From positions 640,001-704,000 of the forward strand of contig CAVVXN010000001.1 of assembly GCA_963752285.1 (NCBI GenBank): a DNA stretch of 64,000 nt. Direction: 5' to 3'. A model generated the notes under the pieces. It did no database searches and was not told the origin of the DNA. It saw nothing but the letters and a program-made list of their open reading frames with translations. The stretch comes from an uncultured Planctomycetota bacterium. GTDB taxonomy: Bacteria > Planctomycetota > PLA2 > JAEUHO01. This document shows, in pieces, positions 24,038 through 36,455 of this stretch; position 1 is the first letter of the stretch, and every line of letters begins with the position of its first letter. Position numbers and translations under genes: made by a program.

Positions 24038-24204
24038 GGGACCGCGCGGGTGCCCGAGGGCGGGCTTCGCGGCCCGCCCGACGGCTCCGCTTGGCTGGCG
24101 GTCCCGGGGCCGGCGGACGACGTCCGCCGGCCCCACTTCTTGAAGCGGACGCGATCGCCGCGGCCGACCTTCGGGCACGACGAGCAAAGGGATAGGATTG
24201 AGGG

Positions 24205-25901
24205 ATGGCCAAGGTGGTCGCGGGCGGCCGCAAGGGCAGCCTGGCGTTTCGCTTCGTGCTGATCCTGGGGCTCGGCGTCGCGCTGATCTTCGCGGGGACG
24301 GCGTACTGGAACCTGACGCTCCAGCGCCGTCACATGACCGAGATGATCCAGAACGCCGGGATCCGGTACGCGACCCTGATCCGCAACGCCACGCACGACG
24401 GCATGCTCGAGAACGACCGGGAGCGCGTCGGGCGGGTCATCGCGTCCCTCGGCCGCTCGGACAGCGTCCAGCGGATCCGCGTGATCGACCGGTACGGGAA
24501 GGTCCAGCAGGCGACCGACCCCTCGCTGTTCGGGCCCGTCCCGATCTCGTCCTTCCAGTGCCAGGTCTGCCACGAGCGCCGGGAGCTGCCGTCCTCGCTG
24601 CCCGACGAGCACCGGGTCCGGGTCGTCAGCCGGCCGGGCGGCGAGAGCTACCTGAACGTGGTCGAGCCCATCCCGAACGAGCCGGGCTGCTCGACGGCCG
24701 ACTGTCACGCGCACCCGCACGACCGGCGCGTGCTCGGGATCATCGACATCGAGATGCCCCTCGGCGCCATGGAGGCGCACGTGCGGGACAGCCAGCGCCA
24801 GCTCGGTGTCGGCCTCCTCGTGACGGTCCTCGCGATCGGGCTCTTGACCGCGATCCTGACGTGGCGGCTCGTGATCCGGCCGATCCGGCGTCTCGGACGC
24901 GCGGCCGACCGGGTGGCCGGCGGCGACCTCACCGCGACGGTCCCCGTCCACTCGCGCGACGAGATCGGCCGCATGGCCGCGACGTGGAACACGATGGTGG
25001 CCAAGCTGAACGGCGCCCAGAAGGAGCTCGCCGACTGGAGCAAGACCCTCGAGCAGCGGGTGGACGCGAAGACGAGGGAGGTCGAGGCGGCCCACCAGCG
25101 GATGCTCGTCGTCGAGAAGATGGCCTCGCTCGGGAAGCTCGCGGCGGTCGTGGCCCACGAGATCAACAATCCCCTCGCGGGCATCGCCACGTACGCGCGG
25201 CTGATGCACCGGAAGCTCGTGACGGCCGGAGCGGACCGCGCGGGGGACGACCCCGCGGCCGCGACGCCGATCGCCCTGAAGGACGTCGAGAACGCGAAGA
25301 TCCTCGAGCTGATGGAGGCCGAGGCGAGCCGCTGCGGGAAGATCGTCCGGAACCTCCTGCTCTTCAGCCGCACGCCGGGCGCCCGCTTCGCGCCCGAGGA
25401 CCTCCGACCGGTGCTGGAGCGCTGCGCGATGCTCGTGAAGCACCAGGCCGACCTCCAGGAGGTCGAGATCCGCGTGGAAGTCCCCCCGGACGCCCCGAAG
25501 GTCGAGTGCGACGCGTCGCAGGTCCAGCAGGTCGTGCTCGCCCTCGTGATGAACGCGATCGAGGCGATGCCGTCGGGCGGCACCCTTACGATCACGGTCG
25601 CCCCCGATCCGCTGGGCGACGCCCTGCTCCTTCAGGTCGGCGACACGGGCGTCGGGATCCGCGCCGAGGAGCTGCCCCTCATCTTCGAGCCCTTCCACAC
25701 CACCAAGGAGCAGGGCGAAGGGGTGGGCCTCGGGCTGTCCGTCGTCTACGGCATCGTCCAGCGCCACCACGGGCGCGTGGACGTCCGGTCGAAGGTCGGC
25801 GAGGGGACCACGTTCACCGTGCGACTGCCCCTCCGGCAGCCCGCGCGCGACGAGGCGGCCGGGGAGGCCGCGGCCACGACGTCCGAGGAGCCCGGATCGC
25901 G

Positions 25902-25905
<4 letters not shown>
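24205..25905 (+). CDS. Sensor histidine kinase with periplasmic heme-c motifs and HAMP domain
   Basis: Two TMs; CQVCH and CSTADCH; AHEINNPL; N-box, DTGVGI, GLGLS. Confidence 0.95.
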
Positions 25906-27270
<1,365 letters not shown>

Positions 27271-27281
<11 letters not shown>

Positions 27282-27840
27282 GGACGCGCGCACGGTCCCG
27301 AGCGGCTTCCTCGTCCTCCAGGTCGGCGGACCGCCGCGCGTGCTGGTCGAAGGGGTCACGGCCGCGCTGAGCCGCCGCGTGGACGTCGCCTGCCGCCTCG
27401 CCGAGGCGCCCGAGGGCTTCCCGCTGCCGCGTCTCGAACACCGCGAGCAGCTCGACGCCGACGCCGTACTCGGCCACCTCGAGCGTCTCCCCCGCGACGA
27501 CGGCACGTGGATCGTCGGCGTCACCCACCACGACCTCGGGAACCCGATCTTCACGTTCTTCTTCGGCCGCGCGCGCCACCACGGGGGCGCCGTGCTCGTC
27601 TCGACCGCGCGCCTCGCGCCGGCCTACTACGGGCTCCCCGACGACGTGCGCGTGACGACGCGCCGCGCGGTGCTGGAGACGCTCCACGAGCTCGGACACG
27701 CGGCGGGCCTCGGACACTGCCAGGACAGCGCCTGCCTCATGCGCTTCTCGCCGACCGTGGAGTCGCTGGACAACCGCGGCGAGCGGTTCTGCCCCGTGTG
27801 CGCGCTCGAGCTCCCCGACGCGTTCCGCCCCTCCCGGTGA
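27271..27840 (+). CDS. Archaemetzincin (M54) zinc metalloprotease
   Basis: HELGHAAGLGHC, CLM Met-turn, FCPVC. Confidence 0.9.
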
Positions 27841-27861
27841 GGCGGCGGCCCGTGCGGGCGC

Positions 27862-28308
27862 TCAGTTCCGTGGGCCCGAGCAGTCCCGGCACGTGCCGAG
27901 GAAGAGGATCGCGCAGCCCTCGATCACGAAGCCGAGCGGCAGGTCCGCCGGCGGCGGGAGCGCCGCGCAGTTCGCCTCCTGGACGTCGTACACGTTCTCG
28001 CAGGACGTGCAGACCGCGTGGTGGTGCGGCGACACGTCGCCGTCGAACCGCGTGGCGCCCCGGGGGTGTGGGAGGCGTCGCACGAGCCCGAGATCGACGA
28101 ACGTGTCGAGGACCCGGTACACCGTCGTTCGCGAGATCCCCGGGATGCGGGCCTTCGCGAGCTCCCACAGCTCGTCGGCGGTGGGATGGGTCTCGGTGCG
28201 GACGATGGCGTCCATCAGCACACGCCGCTGGACGGTGATCGGGAGCCCGCGCTCCCGGCAGGCCATCTCGAAGTCCCGCACCCGCCTGGCCGTTTCTCTC
28301 GGTTGCAT
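27862..28308 (-). CDS. Second Fur/PerR-family regulator
   Basis: ITVQRR, HPTADE, TVYRVL, HHHAVCTSC, GTCRDC. Confidence 0.92.
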   Translation of the reverse strand: MQPRETARRVRDFEMACRERGLPITVQRRVLMDAIVRTETHPTADELWELAKARIPGISRTTVYRVLDTFVDLGLVRRLPHPRGATRFDGDVSPHHHAVCTSCENVYDVQEANCAALPPPADLPLGFVIEGCAILFLGTCRDCSGPRN

Positions 28309-28385
28309 GGGTGTGCCCCACGGGCGAGTCTACCCGATGCAACCTCTTGCCGATACCCACGGCCCAGGCGATTTCGTGCCGGGAT

Positions 28386-28829
28386 TCACGCCTCCGCGCC
28401 GGAATCGGCGTCTTTCCGACTCCGGTCCGCTCGGCGTTCGACGCGTTCCCGGTGGCTCGCCGCCGACAGCGCGCGGTCCACGGCCACGGCGCCGCTCCCG
28501 AAGATCAGCAGCGCGAGGGCCACGCCCACCGCGAGGACGTGGTAGCTCCCATAGGTCGCTCCGATGGGAGAGTTCGGGTTGTCCATCCACCCGTCGATGA
28601 CCTGTCGCGCGCCCACCGGGCCGCCTTTCGCGACCATCACCTCGAGCGTCCTCCAGGCGGCGACCGACATCAGCGTCGCCACCCCGAGCGCGGCGAACCG
28701 TCCGAGGAACCCGGCGATCAGCAGGAGCGAACCGAGCACCTCCGTCGCGATCGCGGCGTACGTGAGCGCGGGCGGGATGCCCATCGGGCCCCAAGACGCC
28801 CGGACCGTCTCGTCGATCGACGCCCGCAC
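28386..28829 (-). pseudogene. DoxX-family membrane protein lacking its first TM helix
   Basis: ATEVLGSLLLIAGFLGRFAA...GSGAVAVD; N-terminal RxxxG..HGxxK helix absent, with the octamer repeat in its place. Confidence 0.65.
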
Positions 28830-28950
28830 GCCCCGACGCCCCGACGCCCCGATGCCCCGACGCCCCGACGCCCCGACGCCCCGACGCCGACGCCCGATGC
28901 CCCGACGCCCCGACGCCCCGACGCCCCGATGTCCCGACGCCCCGATGCCC
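28828..28950. repeat. 8-bp tandem repeat (CCCCGACG)n, ~15 imperfect copies
   Basis: Read directly from sequence. Confidence 0.95.
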
Positions 28951-29018
28951 GGCCACCCGGCTCCCGGACCGGCACCGCGCCTCCGGGCTAGACTCGGCCA
29001 CCACGCCGGAGGGACGCG

Positions 29019-30968
29019 ATGTCGGACGAGACGCTCGAGAGCCTGCTCGAGGAGGGACGTACGTTTCCGCCGGCGGACGCGTTCCGCGCCCAGGCCAACG
29101 CGAACGACGCCTCGATCTACGCGCGCGGGGACGACGCCGAGGCGTTCTGGGAGACGGAGGCGAAGGACTACCTCTGGACCCGCCCGTGGGACCGCGTCCT
29201 CGAGTGGAAGCTCCCGTTCGCGAAGTGGTTCGTGGGCGGGCGTACGAACCTCTCGGCGAACTGTCTCGACCGCCACGTCGAGGCCGGGCGCGGCGAGAAG
29301 GTGGCCTACCACTTCGAGGGCGAGCCCGGCGATCGCCGCACGATCACGTACGCGGACCTGCTCCGCGACGTCCAGCGCTTCGCGAACGTGCTCCGGGACG
29401 CGGGCGTCGAGAAGGGCGACCGCGTCACCATCTACATGGGGATGGTGCCCGAGCTCCCGGTCGCGATGCTCGCCTGCGCGCGGATCGGGGCCCCGCACTC
29501 GGTCGTGTTCGGCGGCTTCAGCCCCGACTCCCTCCGGGAGCGCATCGACGACTCGCAGTCGCGGGTCGTCGTGACCGCCGACGGCGCGTGGCGGCGCGGC
29601 AAGGTGGTCCCGCTCAAGCAGAACGTGGACCGCGCCCTCCAGGGCGCACCCGGCGTCGAGACCGTGATCGTGCTCCGCCGGGTGGGCGCGGACGCGGAGT
29701 GCCCCATGCAGGCGGGTCGCGACCACTGGTGGCACGAGCTCGTGGACCGCGCGGCGCCCGACTGCCCGCCCGAGGAGATGGACGCCGAGGACCTCCTCTA
29801 CCTCCTCTACACGAGCGGCACGACCGGCAAGCCGAAGGGCATCACGCACACGACGGGCGGCTACATGGTCGGCGTCGGCACGACCACGAAGTACGTGTTC
29901 GACCTGAAGCCCGACGACGTGTACTGGTGCACGGCCGACATCGGCTGGGTCACCGGACACAGCTACATCGTGTACGGCCCGCTCGCGAACGCCGCGACCG
30001 GCGTGCTCTACGAGGGCGCTCCCGACCATCCCGCGCGGGACCGGTTCTGGTCGATCGTGGAGCGGTACCGCGTGACCGTCTTCTACACGGCGCCCACCGC
30101 GATCCGGGCCTTCATGGGTTGGGGCGACGCGTGGCCGAAGAAGCACGACCTCTCGTCGCTCCGGCTCCTCGGCACGGTCGGCGAGCCGATCAACCCCGAG
30201 GCGTGGATGTGGTACCGCGAGCACGTCGGCCAGGACCGGTGCCCCATCGTGGACACGTGGTGGCAGACGGAGACCGGCGCGATCCTCGTCACGCCGCTTC
30301 CCGGCCTCACGACGACGAAGCCCGGCTCGGCCTGCCGTCCGTTCCCCGGGATCCACGTGGACGTGGTGGACGACGAGGGCCGCTCCGTGCCGAAGGGCGG
30401 CGGCGGGTTCCTCGTGATCACGAAGCCCTGGCCGTCGATGCTGCGCGGCATCTACGGCGCGCCCGAGCGCTACCGCCAGACCTACTGGTCGCGCTTCCCG
30501 GGCGTGTACTTCACCGGCGACGGCTGCAAGCGCGACGAGGACGGGTACCTGTGGCTCATGGGTCGCGTGGACGACATCATGCTCGTCGCGGGGCACAACA
30601 TCAGCACGGCCGAGGTCGAGTCGGCGCTCGTGAGCCACCCGTCGGTCGCCGAGGCGGCCGTCGTCGGTCGTCCCGACCCGATGAAGGGTCAGGGCATCGC
30701 CGCGTTCGTGACGCTCCGGCAGGGCCTCGAAGGCGGGCCCGCGCTCGCGAAGGAGCTCCGCGGCCACGTCGCGGAGAAGCTCGGCGCGATCGCGCGCCCC
30801 GACGAGGTCCACTTCGCCGCCGACCTGCCGAAGACGCGGAGCGGCAAGATCATGCGCCGGCTCCTCCGCGACATCGCGCGCGGGGATCGCCTCGGGGACA
30901 CCACGACGCTGGCCGATCCCGGGGTCGTGGACTCGCTCCGACGCGAGTACGAGGGCCACGGCGCCTGA
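29019..30968 (+). CDS. acs: Acetyl-CoA synthetase
   Basis: [45 protein letters not shown]. Confidence 0.97.
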   Translation: MSDETLESLLEEGRTFPPADAFRAQANANDASIYARGDDAEAFWETEAKDYLWTRPWDRVLEWKLPFAKWFVGGRTNLSANCLDRHVEAGRGEKVAYHFEGEPGDRRTITYADLLRDVQRFANVLRDAGVEKGDRVTIYMGMVPELPVAMLACARIGAPHSVVFGGFSPDSLRERIDDSQSRVVVTADGAWRRGKVVPLKQNVDRALQGAPGVETVIVLRRVGADAECPMQAGRDHWWHELVDRAAPDCPPEEMDAEDLLYLLYTSGTTGKPKGITHTTGGYMVGVGTTTKYVFDLKPDDVYWCTADIGWVTGHSYIVYGPLANAATGVLYEGAPDHPARDRFWSIVERYRVTVFYTAPTAIRAFMGWGDAWPKKHDLSSLRLLGTVGEPINPEAWMWYREHVGQDRCPIVDTWWQTETGAILVTPLPGLTTTKPGSACRPFPGIHVDVVDDEGRSVPKGGGGFLVITKPWPSMLRGIYGAPERYRQTYWSRFPGVYFTGDGCKRDEDGYLWLMGRVDDIMLVAGHNISTAEVESALVSHPSVAEAAVVGRPDPMKGQGIAAFVTLRQGLEGGPALAKELRGHVAEKLGAIARPDEVHFAADLPKTRSGKIMRRLLRDIARGDRLGDTTTLADPGVVDSLRREYEGHGA

Positions 30969-31011
30969 ACGGGGACCGCGCGGGTCCCCGCGGTCGGGGC
31001 GACGTCCGGGG

Positions 31012-31530
31012 TCAGTACCGGCCGAGGTGCTGGAGCAGGTCCTCGGCGCTTCGGAACCCGACGAGGCGCTCGACCTCGCGCCCGTGCTCGTCCATCACGA
31101 CGATCGTCGGGAAGCCGTGCACGTCGAAACGGCTGGCCGCGGCGCGACCCGCGTCCGTGTCGGGATCGTAGCGGGAGGCGGGGAACGCCTGGACGCGCGA
31201 GGCGACGCGCGCCTGCGAGAGGGTCTCCCGGTTGAGCTTCTGGCAGAAGCCGCACCAGCTCGCGCAGAAGTAGAGGAGGGCGGGCTTCCTCGCCGCCGCC
31301 GCGCGCTGGGTCATGCTCGCGAGCGGCGTGTTCACCTCGGCGAAGGCGCGCCCGCTCGGGCTCGGCGCGCGGGCGACGGTCGGCGTGCGGGCGACGGTCG
31401 GCGCGAGGACCGGCGAGCGCAGCGCGTCGGAGGAGGACGCGGAGCCGGTCGGCCGGGCGAGGTGGGGGGAGCGGCACCCGAGGAAGACGAGGGGCGTCGC
31501 GAGCGCCCAGAGGGCGAGCCGTCGGTTCAT
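31012..31530 (-). CDS. Thioredoxin-fold lipoprotein
   Basis: Lipobox FLGC; WCGFC; GFPT cis-Pro motif. Confidence 0.88.
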   Translation of the reverse strand: MNRRLALWALATPLVFLGCRSPHLARPTGSASSSDALRSPVLAPTVARTPTVARAPSPSGRAFAEVNTPLASMTQRAAAARKPALLYFCASWCGFCQKLNRETLSQARVASRVQAFPASRYDPDTDAGRAAASRFDVHGFPTIVVMDEHGREVERLVGFRSAEDLLQHLGRY

Positions 31531-31624
31531 GGGGAAAGGGCCTCCGAGGTCGGTACGGGCCCGGAGAGGGTACCGGACGCCGCGGGGCCTCGGTCCGACG
31601 GCCCGCGCGCGCCGGCCGGGCGGT

Positions 31625-32437
31625 TCAGGCGCGCTTGCGGAGCACGAGGGAGAACGGGAGCAGCTCGTTCGGCATCTCGAGGCGCAGGACGCCGTCCTCG
31701 TACGTCGCGTGGAGCGTCTGGGGCTCGTCCGGCTTCTCGCCGTTCTCCTCGGTCTGGAGGAACTCGTACGCGCCGTCGCCCTTGTCGGTCCAGGTGCCGC
31801 GGGCCGACTGCTCCTCGCCCTCGTCCATCGTGCCCGCGGCGTGCCAGGTCCCGTCCTCGGCCACGGTCAGCTCGAACGTGAAGGTCTTCAGCCGCTCCTT
31901 GAACTGATCGAAGATCTCGTCGAGCACGTTCGGCGGGAGGTCCATGTCCTCGTCGGCCATCTGCTTCCGCATTACCGCTTCCATCGCCTGGCCCGACAGC
32001 TCCGTGTCGAGGTCGTAGACGCCCACCACCACGGGTACGGCGGGCGGCGCCTCTCCCTCCGGCTTCTCCCCCTCCGGCTCGGCGTCGGGAGATCCCTCCG
32101 CCGGCTTCGGCTCCGACGAGGGCGCCTCGGGCTCGGTCGGCTTCTCCTCGGCCGGCGTTCGCGCCGGTCGCCGGGGCCGCGGCCGGTCCGCGTCCGGGTC
32201 CTGGCGCTCTTCCTCGTCCATCGCCGCCTCGAGGTCGCGCACGCGCTTCTCGAGCTCGTGGAAGCGCGTCTCGAGCGCCCCCGCCTCGGCCGCGAGCGCC
32301 TTCGCGCGTTCCTCGAGGGGCGCCGCCTCGCCGGCCCGGGCCGCCGCGGCACCGGCGACCAGGGGGAGGCCCACGACGAGGGGGGCGAGGAGGAGCCCGA
32401 GGAGGAGCCTGCCGACCGGTCGCGGGGCGGATCTCAC
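31625..32437 (-). CDS. Secreted hypothetical protein
   Basis: Signal/TM segment, coiled coil, Pro/Glu linker, beta-rich C-terminal domain. Confidence 0.7.
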   Translation of the reverse strand: MRSAPRPVGRLLLGLLLAPLVVGLPLVAGAAAARAGEAAPLEERAKALAAEAGALETRFHELEKRVRDLEAAMDEEERQDPDADRPRPRRPARTPAEEKPTEPEAPSSEPKPAEGSPDAEPEGEKPEGEAPPAVPVVVGVYDLDTELSGQAMEAVMRKQMADEDMDLPPNVLDEIFDQFKERLKTFTFELTVAEDGTWHAAGTMDEGEEQSARGTWTDKGDGAYEFLQTEENGEKPDEPQTLHATYEDGVLRLEMPNELLPFSLVLRKRA

Positions 32438-32573
32438 GGCGGCATGGTAGCCGGGCGGAGGCATCCGTCGCACGGGGCCCCGGCGGTCCGTACCCTCGTC
32501 GCGACTCGGGGTCGTGGGCGGCGCGCCGTGCTCGGACGGCCAGGGCGCCACGCCGAGGGAAGGGCGGCGCGGG

Positions 32574-33515
32574 ATGCGCATCGCGGTCACGGGGGGCACC
32601 GGGTTCGTCGGGCGGCGGCTGCTCGACGCGCTCGAGCGCGCGGGCCACACGCCCGTCGTCCTGACGCGGAGCGCCGAGAAGGCGCGCGGGCTCTTCGCCG
32701 ACCGCTACGAGATCCGGGGGGTGGACCCCGCGGACGCGGCGGACCTCGCGACCGCGATCCGGGGCGCCGAGGCGATCGTGAACCTGGCGGGCGAGAACCT
32801 GTTCGCCCACCGGTGGACCCGGAAGACGAAGCAGCGCATCCGCGCGAGCCGGGTCGAGACCACCCGCGCGCTCGTGAGCGCGATCCGGCTGCTCGACCTC
32901 CCGGACCGCCCGGAGGCGCTGATCTCCGCGTCGGCGATCGGGGTGTACGGCGACCGCGACCCGGACGTGCCCGTGGACGAGCGCACGTTCGACGCGTCCC
33001 GTCTCACGCCCGGCGGATTCCTCGCCGACGTCTGCCAGGCGTGGGAGCGGGAGGCGCTCGACGCCGAGCGCCTCGGCGTCCGCGTCGTCGTGCTCCGCAT
33101 CGGGGTCGTCCTGGGTCCCGGCGGCGCGCTCGAGGCGCTCGAGACGCCGTTCAAGCTCTTCCTCGGGGGCGCGGTGGGGAGCGGCCGCCAGGCCGTGTCG
33201 TGGGTGCACATCACGGACCTCGTGGCGATCGTCCGCTTCGTGATCGAGCACCACGAGATCCGCGGCCCGGTGAACGCGGTGGCTCCCGGCGCGGTGTCGA
33301 ACCGCGAGCTCACGCGCGCGCTCGGCCGCGCGCTCGGCCGGCCGGCGTGGGCGCCCGTGCCCGTGCCCGCACTCCGGCTGCTCCTCGGCGAGGTGGCCGA
33401 GTCGCTCTCGACGGGCCAGAACGTGCGGCCCACGCGGCTCCTCGAGGCCGGCTTCGCGTACCGCTACCCGACGATCGACGAGGCGATGAAGGGCGTGTAC
33501 GGCGCCGCGCGCTGA
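32574..33515 (+). CDS. TIGR01777/YfcH-family NAD-dependent epimerase
   Basis: VTGGTGFVG, NLAGE, SASAIGVYG, FLADVCQAWE, SWVHI. Confidence 0.93.
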   Translation: MRIAVTGGTGFVGRRLLDALERAGHTPVVLTRSAEKARGLFADRYEIRGVDPADAADLATAIRGAEAIVNLAGENLFAHRWTRKTKQRIRASRVETTRALVSAIRLLDLPDRPEALISASAIGVYGDRDPDVPVDERTFDASRLTPGGFLADVCQAWEREALDAERLGVRVVVLRIGVVLGPGGALEALETPFKLFLGGAVGSGRQAVSWVHITDLVAIVRFVIEHHEIRGPVNAVAPGAVSNRELTRALGRALGRPAWAPVPVPALRLLLGEVAESLSTGQNVRPTRLLEAGFAYRYPTIDEAMKGVYGAAR

Positions 33516-33611
33516 GGGGGGGCCCGGAGGGCGCCCTCCCTCGGCGCGCGGCGTGGCGCTTTGGCGCCGCCCCCGGTTCGTCCCGGGGGCGGGCTCGGCG
33601 CGGCGGGGATC

Positions 33612-34427
33612 CTACTTGTCGCCGTCGCTGTCGCTGTCGCCGTCCCCCTCGTCGTCCGCGCCCTCCTTGTGCTTCTCCTGCGCGGCCTTCTCCGACGCGG
33701 CCGTCACGGCGAAGGGCTTCCACGAGAGTCCCTCGCCCGAGAAGGTCACCGTCTGCTTGCGCTTCTCGGCCTTGACGAGGTCCTTGAACCCGAGCTTCCA
33801 CTCGACCGTGCGGCTGTCGGTCTTCGACCCGTTCGTCTCGACGATGTCCGTCGGGAGCGTGAGGGTCGTGGCGAGCTCGAGGTCGCCCAGGAAGGGCTCG
33901 AACATCTGCATCATGAACTGCATCTGCTGCTCGTCCTCGGCGCTCGATCCGCCCATGCCCTCGTGCTCGTTCACGTAGCCCTGCATGAAGCGGTAGTTGC
34001 CGTCGTCGAGCTTCTCGAGCTTCACGTCCATGCCCTGGACGAGGCCCGACTCGAAGAGGTCCTTCAGCGAGTCGAACTCGACCTCGATCGTGTTCGACAT
34101 GGTGGCCTCGTCCTTCTTGGAGGAGACGGAGACCACCCGGACGTGCTCGTTGCCCTCGAGGAGCTTCTTGACCTTCTCCGGCGAGGTGTCGTCGAGGGGG
34201 TTCTTCTCGTCCTCGGAGCCCTCGGCGCCGCCGCCCATCATCGCGCCCATCTGCTCCTTGAGCTGCTTCAGCTTGGCGAGGTCGAGGCGGATGTCGATCT
34301 TGACCGTGCCCTTGCCACTCGCGTCGATCTTGGCCGTCGTCTTCTGCTTGATGCAGCCGGGGAGAAGAGCGAGCGCGAGCGCGAGCACCGACAAACCGAC
34401 CGAACGGCGGATCGTGGCAGTCGTCAT
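33612..34427 (-). CDS. Putative lipoprotein (LppM-like)
   Basis: Lipobox LPGC; IDASGKG; LPTDIVETNG. Confidence 0.75.
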   Translation of the reverse strand: MTTATIRRSVGLSVLALALALLPGCIKQKTTAKIDASGKGTVKIDIRLDLAKLKQLKEQMGAMMGGGAEGSEDEKNPLDDTSPEKVKKLLEGNEHVRVVSVSSKKDEATMSNTIEVEFDSLKDLFESGLVQGMDVKLEKLDDGNYRFMQGYVNEHEGMGGSSAEDEQQMQFMMQMFEPFLGDLELATTLTLPTDIVETNGSKTDSRTVEWKLGFKDLVKAEKRKQTVTFSGEGLSWKPFAVTAASEKAAQEKHKEGADDEGDGDSDSDGDK

Positions 34428-34495
34428 GGGGGACTCCGGGGGAAAGGGAGGCGACAGAGGCTACCGCACTTCCGGTCGGGCGCCTCCGGCGCCGC

Positions 34496-35350
34496 CTAAC
34501 GCCGGCCGCGCGCCCGCTCCAGGACGGTCTTCTGCTCGGCCTCGGAGAGCACGCCCACGGCGGCCGCCGCGGCGGCCAGGTCGCGGGCCTCGTCGAGACT
34601 CGGGTCGAAAGCCCCGGGTTGGTCCCGGAGCGCCTCCCACTTGGCCCGGAGCTCCTCGCGCGTCAACAGCCCCATGCGGAAGAGCTCCTCGGCCAGGTGC
34701 AGCCGGACCCGGTACCGGGCGGGCAGGCCGAGGCGCGGAAAGATCGACGGCTGGACCCGCGCCGGCCGGAGCTTCAGCGCGTACCACCCCGTCGCGAAGG
34801 ACCGCGCCGGCGCCTCCTCGAGGGGCACCTTCGCCTCGACGAGCGCGAACCCCGCGCGGTACAGCTCGGCGATGATCCGGTCCGCCCCGCCGCTCGGGTC
34901 GCGGATCACGACCCGGCCGTCCGGCTTCAGGGCCTCGTGGATCCCGGCGAGGAAGCCGGCGAGGGCGCGGCGCTCGACCCAGTCGATCACGTCGTTCATG
35001 AAGATCGCGTCGAGTCGCCCCGCGGGGAGCCGGGGGTCGTCGGGGACCGAGTGGACGACCTCGACGTTCTCCACCTGCTCGGCCTCGACCCGGTGACGGA
35101 CGGTCGCGATCGCCTCCGGGTCGATGTCCACGGCGTAGACCTTCCCCGTGGGCCCGACGGCCCGCGCGAGGGGGAACGTCCACGTCCCGTTTCCGCACCC
35201 GACGTCGGCGATCGTCTCGCCGCGGCGCGCCGCGAGGAGCCCGAGGACCGGCTTCGTGTCGGGGTCGGGCTCATCGCCGTGGGCGACCACGGCGAGCGCG
35301 AGCGCGAGCGCCCCGAGGAGGTAGAGCGGGGCGAGGCGGAGTCGGCGCAT
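34496..35350 (-). CDS. Class I SAM methyltransferase with signal peptide
   Basis: IADVGCGNG, VGPTGKVYAVDI, LKPDGRV. Confidence 0.88.
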   Translation of the reverse strand: MRRLRLAPLYLLGALALALAVVAHGDEPDPDTKPVLGLLAARRGETIADVGCGNGTWTFPLARAVGPTGKVYAVDIDPEAIATVRHRVEAEQVENVEVVHSVPDDPRLPAGRLDAIFMNDVIDWVERRALAGFLAGIHEALKPDGRVVIRDPSGGADRIIAELYRAGFALVEAKVPLEEAPARSFATGWYALKLRPARVQPSIFPRLGLPARYRVRLHLAEELFRMGLLTREELRAKWEALRDQPGAFDPSLDEARDLAAAAAAVGVLSEAEQKTVLERARGRR

Positions 35351-35406
35351 CGGACGTCCTCCCGATCCCCCGAGGCTACCCAGAACCCCCGGTCCATGAT
35401 GGCGGC

Positions 35407-35541
35407 GTGGCCGAGAGGGACGAGCCCCCGCCCGACGACCCGACGCGCCCCTCCTTCGGATGGGACCTCCTCGGCCGGGCCCTCTTCGTGCTGGTCCTCG
35501 CGGGCCTCGCCCTCCTCGCGGCGTGGGCCGTCGGCCGCTGA
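35407..35541 (+). CDS. 44-aa single-TM small protein (not in ORF track)
   Basis: GTG...TGA; MAERDEPPPDDPTRPSFGWDLLGRALFVLVLAGLALLAAWAVGR; strong GC3 bias. Confidence 0.6.
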   Translation: MAERDEPPPDDPTRPSFGWDLLGRALFVLVLAGLALLAAWAVGR

Positions 35542-35577
35542 GCGCGCCGGCCCTTGCGGGCGCCCGGGGGCCGGGCG

Positions 35578-36291
35578 TCAGTCCCAGCGTTCGCGGTGGA
35601 GGTTCGCCTCGGGGATCTCGCGGCGCCGCGCGAGGTCGAGCGCCAGGTCCACGAAGTCCGCGGATCCGCAGGCGTAGACGAGCGTGCGCTCGGGGTCTCG
35701 GGCGAGCGCTTGGAGGAGCGTGGCGTCGATGCGACCCCGGCGGCCCGTCCAGGGGGCGCCGTGCGGCGCGCGCGTGACGGTCGGCGCGTACGTGAACCAC
35801 GCGTGCCGGCGTTGGAGGCGTTCCATCTCGTCCCGGTAGATCAGGTGCTCCTCGACCTGCACGCTGTGCACCAGGACGACGGGGTCGGTGCGGCCGCGCT
35901 CGTCCGCCTGGCGGACGAAGGAGCGGTAGGGCGAGATCCCCGAGCCGTTCGCGAAGAGCACCACGTTCCGACCCGGCTCCGCGCGGATGCGGAATCGGCC
36001 CAGGGGACGCGACACCTCGACCGTCGCCCCCACCGGCAGCGCGTAGAGATGCGCGCCGAAGTCGCCTGCGCCGCGCACCGTCACCTCGACCTCCGGGAGC
36101 TCGGACGGGCTGCTCGAGATCGAGTACGCGCCCCCGGAGGGCGGAGGCGCCGCGGCGTCGTGGACCCACACGTGCTGCCCGGGCTCGAACCGGAGGTCCG
36201 GCGCGGCGGCGGCGTCCAACCCCAGACGGATCGAGCGGTCGATCGACGTCTCGTCGTGGACGCGGAGGATCCGGGCGGGCAGGCGGACCAC
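35578..36291 (-). CDS. FAD/NAD(P)-binding ferredoxin-reductase-like oxidoreductase
   Basis: FEPGQH, YSISSSP, PLGRF, GSGISP, YACG. Confidence 0.85.
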   Translation of the reverse strand: MVRLPARILRVHDETSIDRSIRLGLDAAAAPDLRFEPGQHVWVHDAAAPPPSGGAYSISSSPSELPEVEVTVRGAGDFGAHLYALPVGATVEVSRPLGRFRIRAEPGRNVVLFANGSGISPYRSFVRQADERGRTDPVVLVHSVQVEEHLIYRDEMERLQRRHAWFTYAPTVTRAPHGAPWTGRRGRIDATLLQALARDPERTLVYACGSADFVDLALDLARRREIPEANLHRERWD

Positions 36292-36455
36292 GGGGGGCTC
36301 CGGGCGCCCCGGGGGGCGTCCCCGGGGGGCGCCGCCCCTCGTACCACGTGCGGCCGGGCCCCGACCGCGGCGTCCGGGCGGCGTGGACCGCGCGCGTCGG
36401 ATCGGGCGGGAGCCCGCGGGGTCGTAGGGCCTTCGGGTATCCTCCTCGCCCGTAC

